64,000 bases of DNA, from positions 97 to 64,096 of the IMG/VR virus record IMGVR_UViG_3300018080_000113, one strand, 5' to 3'. The position numbers and the translations under genes are program-made. This stretch comes from a virus. Its lineage: Duplodnaviria > Heunggongvirae > Uroviricota > Caudoviricetes. Under the pieces are notes generated by a model. That model made no database searches and was not told the origin of the DNA. It saw only the letters and a program-made list of their open reading frames with translations. This document shows, piece by piece, positions 60,812 to 64,000 of this stretch; the first letter of the stretch is position 1, and each line of letters opens with the position of its first letter.

Positions 60812-60857
60812 TTAAAAACAAGAAAGGGAGAAGGAAACCGACCGCTCCTTCTCCCTT
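60812..60857 (-). terminator. Rho-independent terminator after the major capsid gene
   Basis: Perfect 12-bp inverted repeat AAGGGAGAAGGA (60824-60835) / TCCTTCTCCCTT (60846-60857), 10-nt loop, followed on the minus strand by TCTTGTTTTT. Confidence 0.75.
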
Positions 60858-60887
60858 CCGATTGCTACGTCATTTCGACGCTACGAC

Positions 60888-62150
60888 TTACAGGCCAGTG
60901 ATGGCTGTTGTATTGTCAAGCTCATCCAGCGATCCAGCTGCTGAAATCGTTGCACTTACTGGAAGTGCGATCTCGTTAGCTACTACTGGTACGCTCTTCA
61001 GAACGCCGACTGCCAATCCATCTTCATAGACTGCAAATGCATAACGTTCTTTTAGTTTCACTTTCGTGATGTCAGTAGACATGTCTTCCCACTGGTCCAT
61101 GCTTACATCCTCATCAACAACCAGTGCACCAAGGTTTTGGCTATCGAAGATCATGATGTCGCATGTGTTATTGTGCACATTAAATGGCACGAACGGGGAA
61201 ACTAGCACACGTAGTGGATGTGGAAAGTAACCCGGAATAACTGGAGCAGAAGTAAGATTCTGATCAATTTCAGATGTTGTGGACGGAGTCTCGGAACCAG
61301 CATTGCCAGTAGGAGTAAACTGTCCATATCCACCAGGAAGACCCATTTTGTTCTGTGAAGAATTGGCCCATGGCTGTCCTGATTTTGGCATATTGTGTGG
61401 CTGGAACCATTGGCCATTGCCAGTGTTCTTAACGATAGTCTGTAGCAGAGGATCGGCCATCCACATCGACCATGTAAGAGGATGCATCAGAATGGTGTCA
61501 GGAGTATATCCCTGCATCATAATATGTGCATATGCTTTCAGGAGGTCTTCCATACGACAAGAACCGTTTCCGGCACCTGTGATAGAGCGTCCTGTGCATG
61601 TTCCATACATTGAATTCCCTGGTGTAATATTGTCAAACAACGTTACGCCCATAGAAGTAATATAATTCATACCCTTTTGCTCTTTATGACGGTCCAGTGC
61701 TCTACGAGCTGCACGGATGTGCATATTGATTACGTCAAACTGAGAATACTTGCGCATCTCTTCAGTAATCTTGAAGGCAACACCAGTTTTCCCCACGTTG
61801 ATAGTGATGGAACCAGGTGCCACGTTCAGTTGCTGCTCAGGGTATGACTGACCTTCACCAAGGTCGTAGGCTACCAAAGCACCAATAGCTGGGAATGTAA
61901 TACGAGCTGCTGGCGTATATTGAATGCGGTCTAGCAAACTCGCAACAATCAACATAGGCTCGACAGGCTCACGAATAATTTCTTCAATTACCTTAGGCAT
62001 CCAATAGGATGCATTTGGTGTAGCCATGATATCGGAGAACTCAAGTTGCGTTTGTGTCGCATCATTGAACCCGTTGTTCTTCCATGTGTCACGGAATAGC
62101 TCATAGCTGTCACCGAAGGCTTTGTTGAAGTCGATGTTTTTTCTACCCAT
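60888..62150 (-). CDS. Major capsid protein (HK97-fold type, 420 aa)
   Basis: Strong SD (AAGGAGG); GEGQSYPE...VGKTGVAFKITEEMRKYSQFDVINMHIRAARRAL; C-terminal KLKERYAFAV; downstream terminator. Confidence 0.85.
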   Translation of the reverse strand: MGRKNIDFNKAFGDSYELFRDTWKNNGFNDATQTQLEFSDIMATPNASYWMPKVIEEIIREPVEPMLIVASLLDRIQYTPAARITFPAIGALVAYDLGEGQSYPEQQLNVAPGSITINVGKTGVAFKITEEMRKYSQFDVINMHIRAARRALDRHKEQKGMNYITSMGVTLFDNITPGNSMYGTCTGRSITGAGNGSCRMEDLLKAYAHIMMQGYTPDTILMHPLTWSMWMADPLLQTIVKNTGNGQWFQPHNMPKSGQPWANSSQNKMGLPGGYGQFTPTGNAGSETPSTTSEIDQNLTSAPVIPGYFPHPLRVLVSPFVPFNVHNNTCDIMIFDSQNLGALVVDEDVSMDQWEDMSTDITKVKLKERYAFAVYEDGLAVGVLKSVPVVANEIALPVSATISAAGSLDELDNTTAITGL

Positions 62151-62174
62151 TTTAATTATCCTCCTTCTTCGGCA

Positions 62175-63596
62175 TTAGCGGAAGATCAAGTTAACGATGA
62201 TCATTTTCTCAGCTGCATTAGCATATGTTAGCTGATCCGTTCGTCCACCAGTTGCGCTTCCTGAAGTCTGCATGTTAGCTGCAGTTTGTCCAGTGTAAGC
62301 TGTATGTACTCTATCAAGATAGTCTTTAGAGTGACGGCCCTCTCCAAATACTGTCGTACCAATAATTTGACCTACAACACCGAAGATGTGGTTGTCAATT
62401 GTTTGTTCGAGCTGGGTTGAAACAACAGAATTAGTTGTTTCTGAATCGTATTCTGGGTCAGCAGCAAATGGATCACCAGAAGAGTCGTAGCCTTCACCAG
62501 TACCAATATCAAGAGTAGCCTTAATAAGGTTACTGTTGCTATCGTATGTCAGCATGTCGCCATATTCCAAGTTTCCTGTTGCACATGCATATGTACTAAC
62601 AGTATTGGTGGCTGTTCCTGTAGTTGCATAGTGGTAGTATGTCAGTGTGGCAGCTGTTGTCCATGGAGAAGGAATAGCGTTTCCGCCAGCTTCGTACAAG
62701 AACAACATTCCAACTTCGTAATCCACAAAGTAATCGCCAGCTGAACTAATAAGATCAATTGAACTTACTTCACGTGTCAGGCCAGCAACAGATGCTGTAA
62801 ATGGGCTGTCTTCTGTAATGTGAGCTACTGGATAGTTCACAAACATATAGCCCACAATGTCATCGCCAGAAGCAACGTCGCTACTATAACGAGTAACTTC
62901 AGCAATTTGCTCAGAAGTGAACCAGCCAGCAACACGAGGAGTTGTCGTGCCGTCGAAGAAGTCTTCAAGAGCACCAGCAGCTCCGCCAGTATTGTCGTTG
63001 GCCATTGTTTCTGTTGTTGCTAGTGCCGGAAGCACTGGGAACGTAGAAACATAGTCACATGTAATTGCGACTAGAGCCTGCGGGCGGAAGTTATGTTGGT
63101 ATAGGTTTGCTGGATTGTAATGGTCAGACCCAGCAGCCTTGTAATAATTGTAAGAAGCAAATCCAATAGGCTTTGAAATAAAGTCCATTGCATGTTCGCT
63201 ATGACGAATCAGACCACGTTCACGTAAGGCTGCAGTTACCTGGGCACGTGTATAACTAACTGCTGCAGTAACTGCAACGCCAGTTGTAAGGTCGATAACG
63301 CCTTCTGTTACGTCTGTAGCTGTATAGCTTAGTGCCGTAGAGCCACTAGCTATATTCCAGGCTTTACGCAAACCTGCAGGAACAACATGTCCTTCGCGAG
63401 ATTCGGCAACTACTTTGCCTGAAGAGACTACAATGTAGTATTCAATTTCAATTTCACGTCGCTGAACGGGAAGCCATGGTGCTGGCATGCTCTCGAAGTG
63501 CGGACGGTGAGATTCGGACCATTCGATATTTGGCGTGATGCGCCCCATACGGTCCCAATATTTGTGATCTGCAACATATCCTCTTGGAATAGTCAT
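62175..63596 (-). CDS. Head decoration/cement-like protein (473 aa)
   Basis: Immediately upstream of the MCP with a strong SD (GGGAGG); GDMLTYDSNSNL...VVGQII-type C-terminal half. Confidence 0.55.
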   Translation of the reverse strand: MTIPRGYVADHKYWDRMGRITPNIEWSESHRPHFESMPAPWLPVQRREIEIEYYIVVSSGKVVAESREGHVVPAGLRKAWNIASGSTALSYTATDVTEGVIDLTTGVAVTAAVSYTRAQVTAALRERGLIRHSEHAMDFISKPIGFASYNYYKAAGSDHYNPANLYQHNFRPQALVAITCDYVSTFPVLPALATTETMANDNTGGAAGALEDFFDGTTTPRVAGWFTSEQIAEVTRYSSDVASGDDIVGYMFVNYPVAHITEDSPFTASVAGLTREVSSIDLISSAGDYFVDYEVGMLFLYEAGGNAIPSPWTTAATLTYYHYATTGTATNTVSTYACATGNLEYGDMLTYDSNSNLIKATLDIGTGEGYDSSGDPFAADPEYDSETTNSVVSTQLEQTIDNHIFGVVGQIIGTTVFGEGRHSKDYLDRVHTAYTGQTAANMQTSGSATGGRTDQLTYANAAEKMIIVNLIFR

Positions 63597-63615
63597 CGTT
63601 GGTTACCTCCCTTAT

Positions 63616-63999
63616 CTATTCAGCAGTAACGTTTTCATTGTTCGCTGAAAGACTTTCAAATGATACGAGCTTTTCGTCAAGCACTTTTAACATTACCATT
63701 TTACCATAAAGTTGTTTTGCTTTCGCAAGTTTACCATTTTTTACAAAATCGCGAATATTTTCTATAGCAGAAAGTGCTGGTGTCGATAGGCCGTCAGGAA
63801 GCTGATTGTTGTCAACATCCTTGTTTGCTGTTGGATTTTCAATGGTTTCATTTGGCGTATTTGCCATACCATCGTTCATCTTGGACATGACATCTTCAAC
63901 TTTGAAGTCTTCCATGATGATAGCTTGTTGCTCTGAAAGATTTGCTTCGGCTAGCGAATCCATTGCCTTTTCTACGTTTTCATACTTGCCACGCAGTGT
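63616..63999 (-). CDS. C-terminal part of a scaffold/prohead-core-like protein (truncated by the window)
   Basis: The frame stays open past 63963 to the edge (TLRGKYENVEKAMDSL...); acidic/helical; two genes upstream of the MCP. Confidence 0.45.
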   Translation of the reverse strand, partial: TLRGKYENVEKAMDSLAEANLSEQQAIIMEDFKVEDVMSKMNDGMANTPNETIENPTANKDVDNNQLPDGLSTPALSAIENIRDFVKNGKLAKAKQLYGKMVMLKVLDEKLVSFESLSANNENVTAE

Positions 64000-64000
64000 T

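Noticed and set aside
127-63023. Numerous plus-strand and nested short ORFs in the track
   Set aside because: They lie antisense to or inside long minus-strand genes, lack recognisable motifs, and match the shadow ORFs expected from T/S/A/V-rich coding.
1-64000. Stop-codon reassignment (alternative genetic code), seen in some large phages
   Set aside because: Standard-code ORFs tile the window almost completely, and TAA and TAG both act as clean stops before SD/ATG.
1-64000. tRNA, rRNA or group I/II introns
   Set aside because: No intergenic gap exceeds about 120 nt, there are no cloverleaf signatures, and no ORF is interrupted.

Overview
This is a 64-kb slice of the virion-morphogenesis region of a large (jumbo-scale) tailed dsDNA phage with a contractile tail. 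About 40 genes lie on the minus strand, densely packed, often with TAATG stop/start overlaps and AGGAG-type ribosome-binding sites. In transcription order (high to low coordinates) they are: the C-terminus of a scaffold-like protein (cut by the window edge), head decoration protein, major capsid protein, neck/adaptor proteins, tail terminator, tail sheath, three tail-tube-fold paralogs, two chaperone-like genes, a tape-measure-like protein carrying a LAGLIDADG intein, a 1461-aa protein, a 2114-aa hub-like protein with an M15 peptidase, baseplate gp25-like and J-like proteins, about 12 further baseplate/fibre genes, and a 2639-aa mosaic repeat fibre. The top finding is that the 1461-aa protein (41170-45555) shows, in canonical order, the catalytic motifs of both halves of a two-barrel (DPBB) RNA polymerase. 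It is a candidate single-chain, virion-packaged RNAP with a non-canonical DFDRD centre, encoded inside a myophage tail module. All functional calls come from motif recognition by eye and gene order; no database search was run. GC values are hand counts of sampled 60-nt lines.
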